Positions 13,221 through 26,172 are shown, numbered from the stretch's first letter. The stretch: DNA of 64,000 nucleotides from Eledone cirrhosa (GCA_964016885.1 OZ024741.1:389980001-390044000); one strand, 5' to 3'. The notes: generated from the sequence alone by a model not told the origin. A program made the numbers and translations.

Positions 13221-14415
13221 CATTGTTGTTTTAACGTCTGCTTTCCCTGCAGGCAAGTGTTGGATGGGTTCATATAGACCAAGTCAGTACTGAAGCGGGG
13301 CCACTGATCTCCCAGGCAGGTCAGGGACCTATGCGCTTATGTACGGTTTCACTTTCCATTGAGTGCTCAGGAGAGGTTGTCATGCCTTTGACTCAACTGA
13401 GGGTCCTCCTAATCCTTTGTTTGGCAAGATTTCTACAGCTGGATGCTCTTCCTATCACCAACCACTCTACAGTATGTACTGGGTGTGTTTATTATGTAGA
13501 TCACCAACACAAAGAAGGCCATCATGTCCATGACACGACTGACGGGTTCTCCTAACACTATGTTTGTTTGCTTGGCAAGTTCTCCATGGGTGGAAGCTCT
13601 TCCTATCACCAACTACTTCACAGTGGGGGTGCAACTGCCAGGAATGTGGGGGCAGGGTTGAAGTAGTGAAGTTGAGAATAACTGTTAGGAAGTGCTTGTG
13701 GAAGGAGGCTTGGGGGTAGGTCAGTTCACATTGTATGCTGCAGGTGGGGGTCTTCTGCATAGTACCAGCCCTAGCAGTCTTTAGTCATTTCTGTTGTAAA
13801 GTCACTCCTTACAACCTCATCCCATGTCTTCCTGGGCATTGTGTATAGAAGACTTGCCTAGATTAGAAAGAAACGAAGCCTGCATGTTCCGATAGATGTG
13901 TAATAGTAATATACGCGAACGGCAAAGCATAAACTAATTGAGAGAGAGACTGAGCATAAGAGGAATCAAATGCTGTGTGCAGAAGAGGAGGTTACGTTGG
14001 TATGGACATGTGATTCGTATGAAGGATGACAGCTGCATAAAAAGGTGCAGAGCACTAGCAGTCAATGGAAGCCGTGGAGTGGGGAGACGCAAGAAGACCT
14101 CGGATGGGGTGATAAATGCTGACCGTACCCAATTACACCTCTCAAAGGCGATGATGCAGGACTGTGACCTCTGGCGTCACACAGTAATACAGAAGACCCG
14201 ACCTCCCATGGGTACACGCCAAAGCTGAAGCATATTGACAATATGCCCCACCCTTCCCACTGCAAAGTGGTCGTGGAGGTGCAATGGCAAAAAAGCACCC
14301 AGCCCACACTGTAAAGTGGTCATGTAGGCACCATGGAAAAAAGCATCCAGCTGTAGAAATCAAACCAGAATCAGTTCCCGTATGAGCAAGACAAGGTCAG
14401 CCGACCGGACACTTA
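13221..14415. mobile_element. Two RTE 3' fragments joined head-to-head
   Basis: Minus: tail at ~13221 to PRKTWDEVV at ~13837. Plus: LERNEACM...RRLRWYGHV...DLWRH and UTR from ~13831. Confidence 0.75.
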
Positions 14416-14650
14416 GTGGTTTGCATAAGAGAAACCCGATAGTTTATGTTGAAGTGATTAAAGATAAGAATGATATTTTAATCACATATTTCTAGGATAT
14501 AACTAGCAGAATGGCCCAGCGTTGCTCGAGATTTACTCTAAGGTTCTTATATATTTGATATATATTTATATCCTTATCGAGCCCCGTGAAATAAATACAT
14601 TTCTTTATACATTGTTATTGTGTATGCAAAAATATCTGTACACGAATATA

Positions 14651-14695
<45 letters not shown>

Positions 14696-14700
14696 TATAT

Positions 14701-15625
14701 ATCCAGGGTGCTTGTCACAGCCTCCTTCATCTCCTCCACATCCTCATAGCAGATACTCCTAAGCTTCTCCTTCAGCTTCAGGAACATCCAGAAATCGCAT
14801 AGGACTAAGTCTGGACTGTAGGGAGGGTGATGGACAGTCTTGATCCCCTTATCGGCCAAGTAGTTGGTCACCAGGATGGATTTGTGGCAGGTGGCATTGT
14901 CGTGGTACCACTGACCAGACCTGAAGAGTTCTGGCCTCTTGTGACAGAATCTCTTTCTGAACTGTCTCAAAACCTCTACATAGTACTCTTTGTTGACTAT
15001 CTGGCCGTGGGAGACCCAGTGGATGTAGATGATGCTCATGTTGTCGAAGAATGCGATCATCATGAGCTTCCCAATGAACCAGCTTTGCCTGGCCTTCTTG
15101 GGCCTTGGGGAGTCAGAATGTTTCCACTGGGCACTCTGTCTCCTGGTCTCTGGATCATAACAGTAGACCCAGCTCTCATCACAAGTTACCAGAGACTCAA
15201 GGACATTTGGATTCAAAGTGGTCTACTCGACCATCACCCTGCTGTCATCAATGCCCCTCTGCCTTTGATCTTCATCCTGGGAACAAAATTTGCTCAAACT
15301 TTGCGCATGTTCAGATCGTCATGAATGACTCTGTGCACAGTGCCCTCAGCCACTTCAAATTGTTTAGAAATTGTCAGAAGAGATGCATGATGGTCCTCGT
15401 CCAGAAATTTGTGAATTTTGTGGACCAGCTTTAGCATCCTGATGTCCCTCTCCCTGACACACCTCTTATCATGCCTGACTTGCTCCCTGCCACCCTGGAA
15501 CATCTCGCCCGGCTCATGAAAGTTAATCCGTAAATAGTTTTGACAATTTCATAGGTTTCTGCCCAGCTTGACACAAAACTTTGTTTTATATCAAGCCTCA
15601 CGTTGTCTTCCTGTCCTGACTGCAT
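14701..15625 (-). mobile_element. Mariner transposase relic 1 (DD34D)
   Basis: VTCDESW...YDPE, HDNATCH, HPPYSPDLVLCDFW; 34 residues between 2nd and 3rd Asp; N-terminus frameshifted; 3' end lost at (TA)n. Confidence 0.9.
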
Positions 15626-15879
15626 TGTGGAACCAGTCAGCTGAGACAGTACGTGTCTGACAGGTAGTCATACATGTATTGTGCTGTAGCAGCCCGAACC
15701 TTCAACTTGGAAAAAATATTTGGCATGTTAACTTATTATAACCATACCAAGGATGTATAAGAGTGAGTTATATAGGTCAATTAAAAGTGCCTGAAAAGAA
15801 AAACTTTTAAAACCTCTTGAGTATAGTTCATATATAAAGTTGCCCCCAAATGTGTTGCACATAAATCAAAAGCTAAGCA

Positions 15880-16900
15880 TACGAGGGGGGGATCAAAAAG
15901 TTCACCGAATTTTTCAGAAAATAATCTTTTTTTTTCCAAAAATATGATTTACCTTCAATTTATTTTTCTACATAGTTGCTATCCAGTACACACTATCAAT
16001 ACACTTCACAAGGCGATGCTTCCAGCTTCGTAAGCTGTCTCTAAAGAAAGTTGAAGGCCTTGTTCGAAGCCATGTGTTGGCAGTGTTTTTAGCTTCTTCA
16101 ACACCACTAAAACGGGTTCCTTTTAGCATTTCTTTGAGTTTTGGAAAGAGGAAAAAGTCTGATGGGGCTAAATCTGGACTATAAGGCGGGTGAGGAAGCA
16201 CTTCCCATCGAAATTCTTAAAGAACTTCTTTTGCAACCCGCTCAGAATGCGCTGGTGCATTGTCATGGTGAAACAAGATCCCACCATGAAGTTTCCCTTT
16301 TCGTTTCTTGACTAATGCCTCTTTCAGCTTCCTTAAAACATTTGCATAGTAAGCTCCTGTCACAGTTCTTTGACCTTCAAGATAATCTATTAGTATCACC
16401 CCATCTGAATCCCAGAATATGGTGGCCATCACTTTTTGATCCGGCTTTTGAGATTTGAACTTGATTGGCCCCGATGATCCACGTGGAAGCCACTGTTTTG
16501 ACTGCTGTTTGGATTCAGGATCATACTGGTAGATCCAGGTTTCATCTCCGGTGATGAGTCTGGTCAGGAAATACTCTTCATCAACTTCAATTTTGTTTAA
16601 TATCGCCAAAGACAGATCACTTCGAAGAATCAGCTGATCAGGGCGCAACGCTTTTGGGACCCATCGCTCTGAAAGCTTGCTTAGTCCCAAATTATCATGC
16701 AGAATTGAATTTGCCGAACCATCCGAAATGTCTAGGGACTTAGCTAACTGATTAACTGTTATTCTTCGATCTTCTTCAATTAAAGTCTCAACGTTTTGGT
16801 TATTTTTTGATGTTCCTGGTCTTCCACTGCGATGGTTGTCTTCGAGGTTGTCTTTCCCTTGTTTGAATCGCTGAATCCACTTGTAGACAGCAGTTTTCAT
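15880..16900 (-). mobile_element. Mariner transposase relic 2 (DD34D) with one TIR
   Basis: RSGRP, WVPKAL, ITGDETW, HHDNAPAH, PHPPYSPDLAPSDFFLF; one in-frame TAA at 16219-16217; TA+CGAGGGGGGGATCAAAAAGTT terminus at 15880; 5' end missing. Confidence 0.92.
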
Positions 16901-17182
16901 TATATAGGTCATATAATATGAGATACATTTACTCTGAAATAAAGACTGGTTGTAACAGACTGTAACACCTTTGATCATATACTGCTTGATGAAGGCTGAT
17001 TTAGGGGATAAACAACAACAACAACACTTTCATACACATACATATTGCTTGCTCAAGGCTGATTTAGGAAATAAACAACACCACACACTGCTTGATTGAA
17101 GCTACTCTGTGTATAAATACCACCACCCACACATGAACAGAGGTGAAAGGATTTACATATAAAGGATATATATAGTAATAAT

Positions 17183-17368
17183 AATTGTTTCTACTTTTGG
17201 CACAAGGCCAGCAATTATCCCAGTGTATTACTAGCGCTTTATTTTCTCGACCCCGTAAGGATGAAAGGAAAAGTTAACCTCGGCGGGATTTGAACTCAGA
17301 CCATAAAGGGCCGTAACTCTTTGCTGCAAAACATGGCGTCCAACCCTCTACCGATACTGCCAATCCAA
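17183..17368 (-). mobile_element. ~190 bp SINE with TSD ATAGTAATAATAAT
   Basis: Reverse-complement copy; direct repeat at ~17172 and ~17368. Confidence 0.88.
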
Positions 17369-18720
17369 TAGTAATAATAATAAATGCAAAGACTATAATC
17401 CAAAGAGGGCTCAATAAGGATAAATAATCAGTAGTTACTCTAACTCATCAATATTACTCAGGCTTAGCAAAAGTTTTACAAGATTTAGAATATGTGCAAT
17501 TTAGAATATCATATTCCATAGTAACATTTAAACATCTGATTACTGTCTGAACTAACTACAATTGAAATCTTTGTATGCACATACTGTGATGACTTGACAA
17601 CTGGCCATTGTACAAGGACTGACTCAATTATTTCCCTTTATCAAAGAATTGTTTTTTTAAAATAATGCAGCCAGCCTTGGGCTTCGAGAATTGACAATTC
17701 ATCTAAATCATATTTTAAACCTCCTGTCTTGCATTTAACTGAAACAGAAGCTATTTTTGCAAATGATTCTCAGCAGTTGATTTACATATATTGAATATGT
17801 TGACTATCTTACATAATCTACAGGACTTAACTACACTTTAGTACCCCCACCACCACCGAATTTGTTTCCTAATAACTTTCTTAATAATGTATATTTTTAA
17901 ATGAAATTTAGCAGAGGTACATTTTTGAATGTGTAGATCATCATTATCATCATCATCATCATCATCACGTCCATTTTCCACACTAGCATGGGTTAGACGA
18001 GTCACCCCTTTGTGAGACAAGTCAAGTCTGATGACCATGACTTACTCATACAGGACTGGTGTGGGCTTGGTTCCTATGACCGGATGCCCTTCTTAACACC
18101 AACTACGTTTACAGTGTGTGCTGGGTGTGTTTTTTGTTGTGACACCTACACGACCACTTTACAGTGTGGGCTGGGCACTTGTTGTCGTGTCACCATCATG
18201 ATTACTTTGCAGCATGGGTTGGGAACTTGGGTGTGTGGGGATTGGGGAGGTTGATCTAGGGACAAGTGTGAGGGGGCAGGGTGTTTAGGCATGGGTCGAT
18301 TATGAGGACATAGGAGGTGCAAGAGTGGTTGGGATGTGGATGGGGGAGGGTTGTTAGAGCGTAGAGGTGTATGGAAGGGGGATGGGAAAGTTGTGTGTAC
18401 AAGATGTATGATTCAACCTGTACACATGGGAAGGCAGGTTTATTGTATTACTTCATAACACCAGAGATCTCAATCCCGTGTCATTGCTTTCAAGAGGTGC
18501 AATTGTGCAAGGTCAGTTTTTATCACCTCATCCCAAGTCTTCCTAGGACTTCCTACACCATAGCTTCCATCAACCTTGAGCCCCTTGCAGCTGTCATCCT
18601 TCATATGCATCACATGTGCATACCAGAACATTATGATGATGAAAATAAGAACAAGTTTATTTTCAGGTGTTTTATTGCATACTTCTGTTTATTAATGCTT
18701 TCATTATTATATACCGCATA

Positions 18721-19120
18721 GGCGGTGGATTGGCAGTATTGGTAGAGTGTCGGATGCCATGCTTTGGCGCATAGAGTTACGGCCCTTGCCATTCTGAGTT
18801 CAAATCCCGCCGAGGTTAACTTTGCCTTTCATCCTTACGGGGTCGATAAAATAAAGTACCAGTAATGTACTGGGTAATTGCTGGCCTTGTGCCTAACGTA
18901 GAAACAATTATTATATACTGTTGATGGGCGGTGGATTGGCAGTATCGGTTGAGGGTCAGACACTATGCTTTGCAGCATAGAGTTATGCCCCTTACGGTCT
19001 GAGTTCAAATCCCACTGAGGTTAACTTTGCCTTTCATCCTTATGGGGTTGATAAAATAAAGCATCAGTAATGCACTGGGATAATTGCTGGCCTTGTGGCA
19101 AAAGAAGAAACAATTATTAT
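18721..19120 (+). mobile_element. Tandem dimer of ~190 bp tRNA-derived SINE with (ATT)n tail
   Basis: GGCGGTGGATTGGCAGTATYGGTAGAG...GAGTTCAAATCCCGCCGAGG...GCCTTTCATCCTTACGGGGTCGATAAAATAAAGTACCAG...GTAGAAACAATTATTA, twice. Confidence 0.9.
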
Positions 19121-19739
19121 ATACTTTTGGTCTTTATTTGTAGTTAAGCTAAACATAAACTCAGAAATGTTTATTATGTTTATAAGGAAAAATATTGATT
19201 AAAATAATCTTTTAGCTTTTCAACAGGAACATAATGTCATTTCAACAAGGAATTGCATACAGATTTTCATTATAATCTAAACTTTTGTAAATGGATCTCA
19301 GCAAAGTGTGTATTATTGAGAAAGTTGTGAGGAAAGAAAATCGAGTAGGTGACAAACATATGTCAATTTATAATTATAATCATTTACTTTGTTGGGAACT
19401 AATAGAAAAGATTTAAGATTTTCAATGATTTCCTTTAGCAAAATAATTTAAAAGGCCTTTTTTTTAAATCGATTTCCTTACCGAGTTGGATGGAACTCGT
19501 CAAATCAGACCAAGGAAACAATGTTTCCATTGGTCTTTCCATTGCTAATGTTATCTACCAGTCGGAAAGAGCAATGTGAAATAACGTGTCTTGCTCAAGG
19601 GCGTAACGCATTACCCAATCTAGGAATTGAACTCGCAACCTCACAATTGCAAGTCTGATTCTCTAACCACTGAACCATGCACATTCACTTTCTTATAGTA
19701 GAATTAGTAATGTATTTACATGTAATGATAAATACCTCT

Positions 19740-21972
19740 CTCTATGATGGCTACCCTCTCTCTATCTATCTCTAAGCCACCCATTACCTCCCGTTCCCTC
19801 TTCACCCATTCCACCTCACTCATCTTGAAGCTATTGAAGAGATAAGACACTCTATTCTGAAAGGCTAAAATGAAACACTAGAGTTGATTTAGCTTCGTTC
19901 CAGTCATCCATCTTGACGGCGACCCTCTCTCTACCTCACAATTTCCCTCCCACCCACCCCCTCACACTACCATAGCCTATTCGACCAATCAAACCTCAGC
20001 ATGCCATTTCTTCTGCTACTACTACCTAACTAACTCTCTCCTCCCCTGTCCCAGCCCAACACACCCTGCCATTATTCCACCACCACTGTTCTTCTAGCCC
20101 TGAATTTTCCTACCATTATGGATGGATGAGCTGAGAATAAATTTGAGCAACTCTGAATTAATAGATGAAATATGAATCCGCGAGCTACCAAGCACCCATG
20201 TGAAGCGCCAATCCAGAGACCCTTCCCTACGAGTGTCGACAAATGCCCAAAACTCCGAGTTGGTACCATCAATGTAAGCACAATGAAAGGAAGAGCAGGA
20301 GAAATCGTAGAAATGCTAGAGCGAAAGGAAATTGATGTATGCTAAATGGAGAGGAGAGTCTGCTAGAGTCCTTTTTGGAAAAAGTTGGTGCTACAAATTT
20401 TTCTGGCTGGGAAATGACGATAGGATGGCTGGTGTAGGTATACTACTAGCTGACAAGTGGGTAGATAAAGTAATCTCAGTGTACAGGGCAAATGCAAGAA
20501 TCATTAAACTCAGACTAGTCCTGAATAAAACAATTACCACAATAATATCAACTTACGCACCCCAATCGGGGTTGCCAGACGAACTTAAGGATAGGTTTTA
20601 CGAGTCCCTAATGCACACTACTGCTCTAACAAACAACAATGACTTCCTAATCATCGCAGGAGATTTTAACGGACATGTAGGTAAACACTGCGACGGCTTT
20701 AATAGAGTCCATGGAGGCCATGGGGTTGGCACAAGAAATGAGGAAAGATTCAGACTTCTAGAATTCTGCGACGCCAATGACATGTCGATATGTAACACAA
20801 ACTTCAAAAAACCCGACAACCACCTGATCACCTATAGATCAGGGGAGCATTCTAGTCAGATAGATTTTATCCTCATCAGAGGACGTGACAGATGGACGGT
20901 CGTAAACACAAAAGCCTTCCCTAGTGAGGAATGTACATCCCAACATAGCTTAGTTGTCAGCGACCTCACAGTCAGAACTAGACGAACCTGGAAACAGAAG
21001 CCAACCTGGAGAAGAAACATCTGGAAGCTGAAAGTCCCCTCAACCAGTAACAGATTTAAAGATATTTTACTCAACGCCTATGACAGTAAAGAAGAACAGA
21101 TAGAGACATTCAATGTAGAAGAGAACTGGGAGTTCCTAAAAAATAACTTACTAGAGGCGACGGATGAGGTCTGTGGCTGGAGTAAGACCACAAGCAGGAG
21201 GAGAGTGACTTGGTGGTGGAACAATAACGTAGATGAGGCAGTTAAGGCCAAGAGACAAGCATGGAAAGAATGGAAGAACGGGGGGAGCAGGGTACATTAC
21301 ATAGAGACCAAGAGGGAAGCTAGGCGACAAGTATACTTAGCTAGGAGGGAAGCAGAGGATAGAAAATTCAAGCATGTTTTGCAACATGAGGACCAGAAAC
21401 AGGAGGTGTTCAAGATTGCGAAGCAGTGTGTCAGAGAGAATTGGAGAGAAGTGTATCCGGAATGATAAAGGTGAGCTTGCCCTTACAAGTGCTGAGAAGA
21501 AAGATGCATGGAAGAGTCATTATGATAGATTACTAAATGAGGAGAATGCATGGGAAGAAGAGACCCTACCCCAAGTAGAACCTATAGAGGGGCCAGCAGT
21601 ACAAGTCAATGACACACGACCGTGACCTCTGGCGTCACGCAGTAATACAGAGTACCCGACCTCCCGTGGGTACAAGCTGAAGCATATAGACAATATGGCC
21701 CCACACCCCCCACCGCAAGGTGGTCGTGGAGGTGCCACGGCAAAAAAGCACCCAACCCACACTGTAAAGTGGACGTGTAGGCACCACGAAAAAGCACCCA
21801 GCACTCACTGTAAATGAGGTTGGTGTTAGGAAGGGCATCCAGCTGTAGAAATCAAGCCAAATCAGTTCCTGTATGAGCAAGGCATGGTCAGCCGACCAGA
21901 CACTGCCCACAACAGGACAACCCGTCTAACCCATGCTAGCGTGGAAGAACGGATGTAAAACAGTGATGATGA
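19740..21972 (+). mobile_element. Internally deleted RTE LINE (APE domain joined to 3' end)
   Basis: GTINVSTMKG, STYAPQ, GDFNGHVG, QIDFIL, SQHSL; after EPIEGPAVQV the sequence jumps to MTHDRDLWRHAVIQ, UTR and GAT tail. 5' boundary approximate. Confidence 0.88.
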
Positions 21973-22290
21973 ATTTAAAGTACAATTTAAAGTAAAAATG
22001 CATACATTTTCATAAGGAATAAAAACTTCATTTAAAAATATATTCCAAACATATTGGTTATATAGCAAATTCCTCTAATATTTTGTTATATAATTCTTTT
22101 CCATATAAACAGTACTATGAACAGCAACATTTTGTTATGAAGTCATAGCAAAGTAGTGAATTATAACCATTTGAGATTTTAAAGATTATCCAATTTAGTT
22201 CAGGCAGAAGTTTGTTAGCCTGAGTCATGTTACAAGAATAAAATAATGGTTGTATGAGCCTGAGCAATTTTGATAACATTATTATGAACA

Positions 22291-22680
22291 GCGGTGGATT
22301 GGCAGTATCGGTAGAGGGTCGGACGCCATGCTTTCCAGCATAGTTAAGTCCCTTTACGATCTGAGTTCAAATCCCGCTGAGGCTGACTTTGCCTTTCATC
22401 CATACGGGGTCGATAAAATAAAGTACCAGTAATGCACTGGGTAATTGCTGGCCTTGTGCCTAAAGTAGAAACAATTATTATGAACAACAAAGGCGGATTG
22501 GCAGTATCGGTAGAGGGTTGGATGCCATGCTTTGATGCATAGTTACGGCCCTTGCCATTCTGAGTTCAAATCCCGCCGAGGTTAACTTTGCCTTTCATCC
22601 TTACGGGGTTCATAAAATAAAGTACCAGTAATGCACTGATTAGTTGCTGGCCTTGTGCCAAAAGTAGAAACAATTATTAT
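22291..22680 (+). mobile_element. Tandem dimer of the ~190 bp SINE
   Basis: Two copies separated and flanked by ATTATTATGAACA. Confidence 0.9.
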
Positions 22681-23172
22681 GAACAGCAAAATTTATTTAT
22701 CAACATTTTAAGTGATAAAGTTACAACAAAGCTATATTCTTTGAATTATAGTAAATTAGAATAAGCTGGAATTTTTTTCATTTTAAATTGTTTGGGCAGA
22801 AATTTATCAGCCTGAGTCGCAATTTTAGATCCAACCAAATATAACAAGTATTGAATGTAGTGTTCTGAGTCATTTCTTGTTGGTCTGAAATAGACCTAGC
22901 ACTTGGACTCAGTCAGAGTGATGGAGTTACCATCTGATATATATGTGTCTCACAATGTTGATTAATTATCTTCATTAATTAAGATAATTAATATTGTTCT
23001 TGTGTTTTGAAACTGCAGTAAAGGAAAATTGACGTGAGTATAAATATCTTTCACTCTAAATTTATTTTGTTCGCATCTCCCTTGTTTTGAATATATATAT
23101 ATATATTCTCTTTTACTCTTTTACCTGTTCCAGCCATATTATATTATATTTATTATATTATATTTATTAAAA

Positions 23173-23361
23173 GGGCAGTGGATTGGCAGTATCGGTGGAG
23201 GGTCGGGCGCCATGCTTTCCAGCATAGTTACGTCCCTTTACGATCTGAGTTCAAATCCCGCCGAGGTTGACTTTGCCTTTCATCCTTACGGGGTCGATAA
23301 AATAAAGTACCAGTAATGCACTGGGTAATTGCTGGCCTTGTGCCTAAAGTAGAAACAATTA
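23173..23361 (+). mobile_element. ~190 bp SINE just upstream of exon B
   Basis: Full copy flanked by duplicated ATTATATTATATTTATTATATTATATT. Confidence 0.9.
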
Positions 23362-23394
23362 TATTATATTTATTATATTATATTATATTTACAG

Positions 23395-23508
23395 CTTTAG
23401 ATATGCAGATATGTGGTATCTCAAATTTTGGAGCAAAGGCAATGTGTAAAATGCTACAATATAACACCACATTGGTGGTGCTTGATGTTCGTGAAAACCC
23501 ATTAGCAG
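23395..23508 (+). CDS. CEP78: CEP78-like exon B (LRR)
   Basis: TTTACAG acceptor, GTAATG donor, 114 nt, phase 1/1. Encodes (A)[37 protein letters not shown]; recalled CEP78 ALDLQQCGLTNEGAKAL...[14 protein letters not shown]. Confidence 0.93.
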
Positions 23509-24281
23509 GTAATGTTTTTTTAATCTTCCTAGCTACCTGTGTAAGGAAATACTAAGTATAATATCTTGCATTATCCCTAACATGGTCTTTGACCTGTCCA
23601 ACCCATGCCATCATTGAAAAGGGGACATTATATGATGATGAGTAACATTGAAAAGGTGAATATCAAATAAAGTGTTGACTACAACAGACATATGTTTAGA
23701 ATGTCTCAAGAAAGAATTGTTGAAAGGATTTTACAAGCAAAACCAGCTGGTAGGAGACCCAGAGGCAGACCCTAAGCAAGATGGTTGGATAACATTCATA
23801 AGTTCAGCTGGTCTTATTAGGGATCCAGCTGGACATGGTTGCTTCTGATAGGACTTTCTGGAAGGAGTGTTTGAGGGGTTTTCCTCCATGACCCTCCCAA
23901 GAATAAGTTGGTGAACAAGAAGACTGTCTACAGTGTTCACTACTATTGACTACAATGTTGACTATCTATAACTCAGCATTATACTGAAGTATATGTTATT
24001 CTACATATTTGTTTCACACTTCCAGATTATATTTTAATAGAATTGACTTCATCTATTTTCCTCTAGAGTAACTATGGAAAAAATAAGAAAGAGAAATTAG
24101 AAAAATACAAAAAGTAACAGCAACAACAATACCACTACTATTACTAATAATAATGGTGATGATGATGATGATACGCAATTATTTAAAAATGATTTTGTTA
24201 ACAACTGTTGTTTTTTGTCATTTTTCATGTATTGATTGGTTTCACTCCTAGAAATCAAATCAATATCCCCCTCTCTCTCTC

Positions 24282-24316
<35 letters not shown>

Positions 24317-24342
24317 ATCTATTTATATATATATATATATAT

Positions 24343-25119
24343 TCATTTCATTTCATTTTACGTCCGCTTTTTCCCTGCTAGCAAGGGTGGGACGGGAACT
24401 GATTCTGGCTTGATTTCTACAGCTGGATGCCCTTCCTAACACCAACCTCATTTACAGGGAGTGCTGGGTGCTTTTTTGCCGTGGCACCTCCACGACCACT
24501 TTGCAGTGGAATGATAGGGAGCCCAGTCCCTATCATCTCATTTCTACAGCTGAGTAAACTGGAGCAATGTGAAATAAAGTGTCTTGCTCAAGGAAACAAC
24601 ACATCACCCGGTCTGAGTATTGAACTCACAACCTTTCGATTGCAAGGCCAATGCTCTAACCACTAAGCCATGTGCCTCCATATATATATATATATGTACC
24701 TATCTATTTTCTATTTATATATATAGGGAGGCACATGGCTTAGTGGTTAGAGCATTGGCCTTGCAATCAAAAGGTTGTGAGTTCAATTCTCAGACCGGGT
24801 GATGTGTTGTTTCCTTGAGCAAGAGACTTTATTTCACATTGCTCCAGTTTACTCAGCTGTAGAAATGAGATGATAGGGACTGGGGTCCCTATCATTCCAC
24901 TGCAAAGTGGTCGTGGAGGTGCCATGGCAAAAAAGCACCCAGCACTCACTGTAAATGAAGTTGGTGTTAGGAAGGGCATCCAGCTGTAGAAATCAAGCCA
25001 GAATCAGTTCCCGTCCCACCCTTGCAAGCAGGGAAAAGTGGACGTAAAATGAAATGATGAAAATGAATACCTAGCTATTTATTTATATATATATATATAT
25101 GTATATATATGTACCTATC

Positions 25120-25151
<32 letters not shown>

Positions 25152-25154
25152 AAA

Positions 25155-25188
<34 letters not shown>

Positions 25189-25800
25189 CTATTTATATAT
25201 ATATTGATCTATCTATTTATTTATTTATTCATTGCACTGCTGTCATAAATAAAGTCATTTAATTGACCTTTTCAGATCATAGATATTCAGCAATGATCAG
25301 CCATATTGATTTCATAGAATTCCTGCTACCCTGAAATCTAATGTGTCTTTTTTTACTCAACTCTTCAGAATCTCACCACCTTCTCTATTCCCTACATTCA
25401 CAATGTATTATGATATGTATATATATGTGTGTGTCTACATTTATATATATATCATCATCATCATCATCATCATTTCATTTTACGTCCGCTTTTCCCTGCT
25501 TGCAAGGGTGGGACGGGAACTGATTCTGGCTTGATTTCTACAGCTGGATGCCCTTCCTAACACCAACCTCATTTACAGTGAGTGCTGGGTGCTTTTTTGC
25601 CGTGGCACCTCCACGACCACTTTGCAGTGGAATGATAGAGACCCCATTCCCTATCATCTCATATCTACAGCTGAGTAAACTGGAGCAATGTGAAATAAAG
25701 TCTCTTGCTCAAGGAAACAACACATCACCCAGTCTGAGAATTGAACTCACAACCTTTCGATTGCAAGACCAATGCTCTAACCACTAAGCCATGTGCCTCC
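24343..25800. mobile_element. Three copies of a ~335 bp tRNA-derived SINE with CORE-like centre and RTE-derived tail (24343-24679 -, 24727-25063 +, 25452-25800 -)
   Basis: A box TGGCTTAGTGG, B box GTTCAATTC, central TTGAGCAAGAGACTTTATTTCAC...CAGCTGTAGAAATGAG, 3' part shared with the RTE UTR (GGTTGGTGTTAGGAAGGGCATCCAGCTGTAGAAA...GGACGTAAAATGA). Confidence 0.88.
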
Positions 25801-26108
25801 ATATATATATATCATTATCATCATCACCGTTTAACATTCATTTTCCATGTTTGAATGGGTTAGATGGGTCGTCCACGACATGAGATAAGTCTGGCCAAGT
25901 TGGCTGCACCATACCTTACTCAGATGGAACTGTAAAATTTGGCTGGGATTTTTACAGCTGGATCCCCTTCCTACCACCAACCACATTTACAGTGTGGAAC
26001 ACATTTACAGATATATATATATATAACTAATATAAATATATAACTAATAAGCTCTGTAGCCTACATAGAGCACTCTCTTTTCCTGTACCTTTCCTACGGA
26101 AATACTTC

Positions 26109-26169
<61 letters not shown>

Positions 26170-26172
<3 letters not shown>

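Noticed and set aside
24727-24800. tRNA genes at SINE heads
   Set aside because: A/B boxes are present but run straight into SINE bodies; no convincing acceptor stem.
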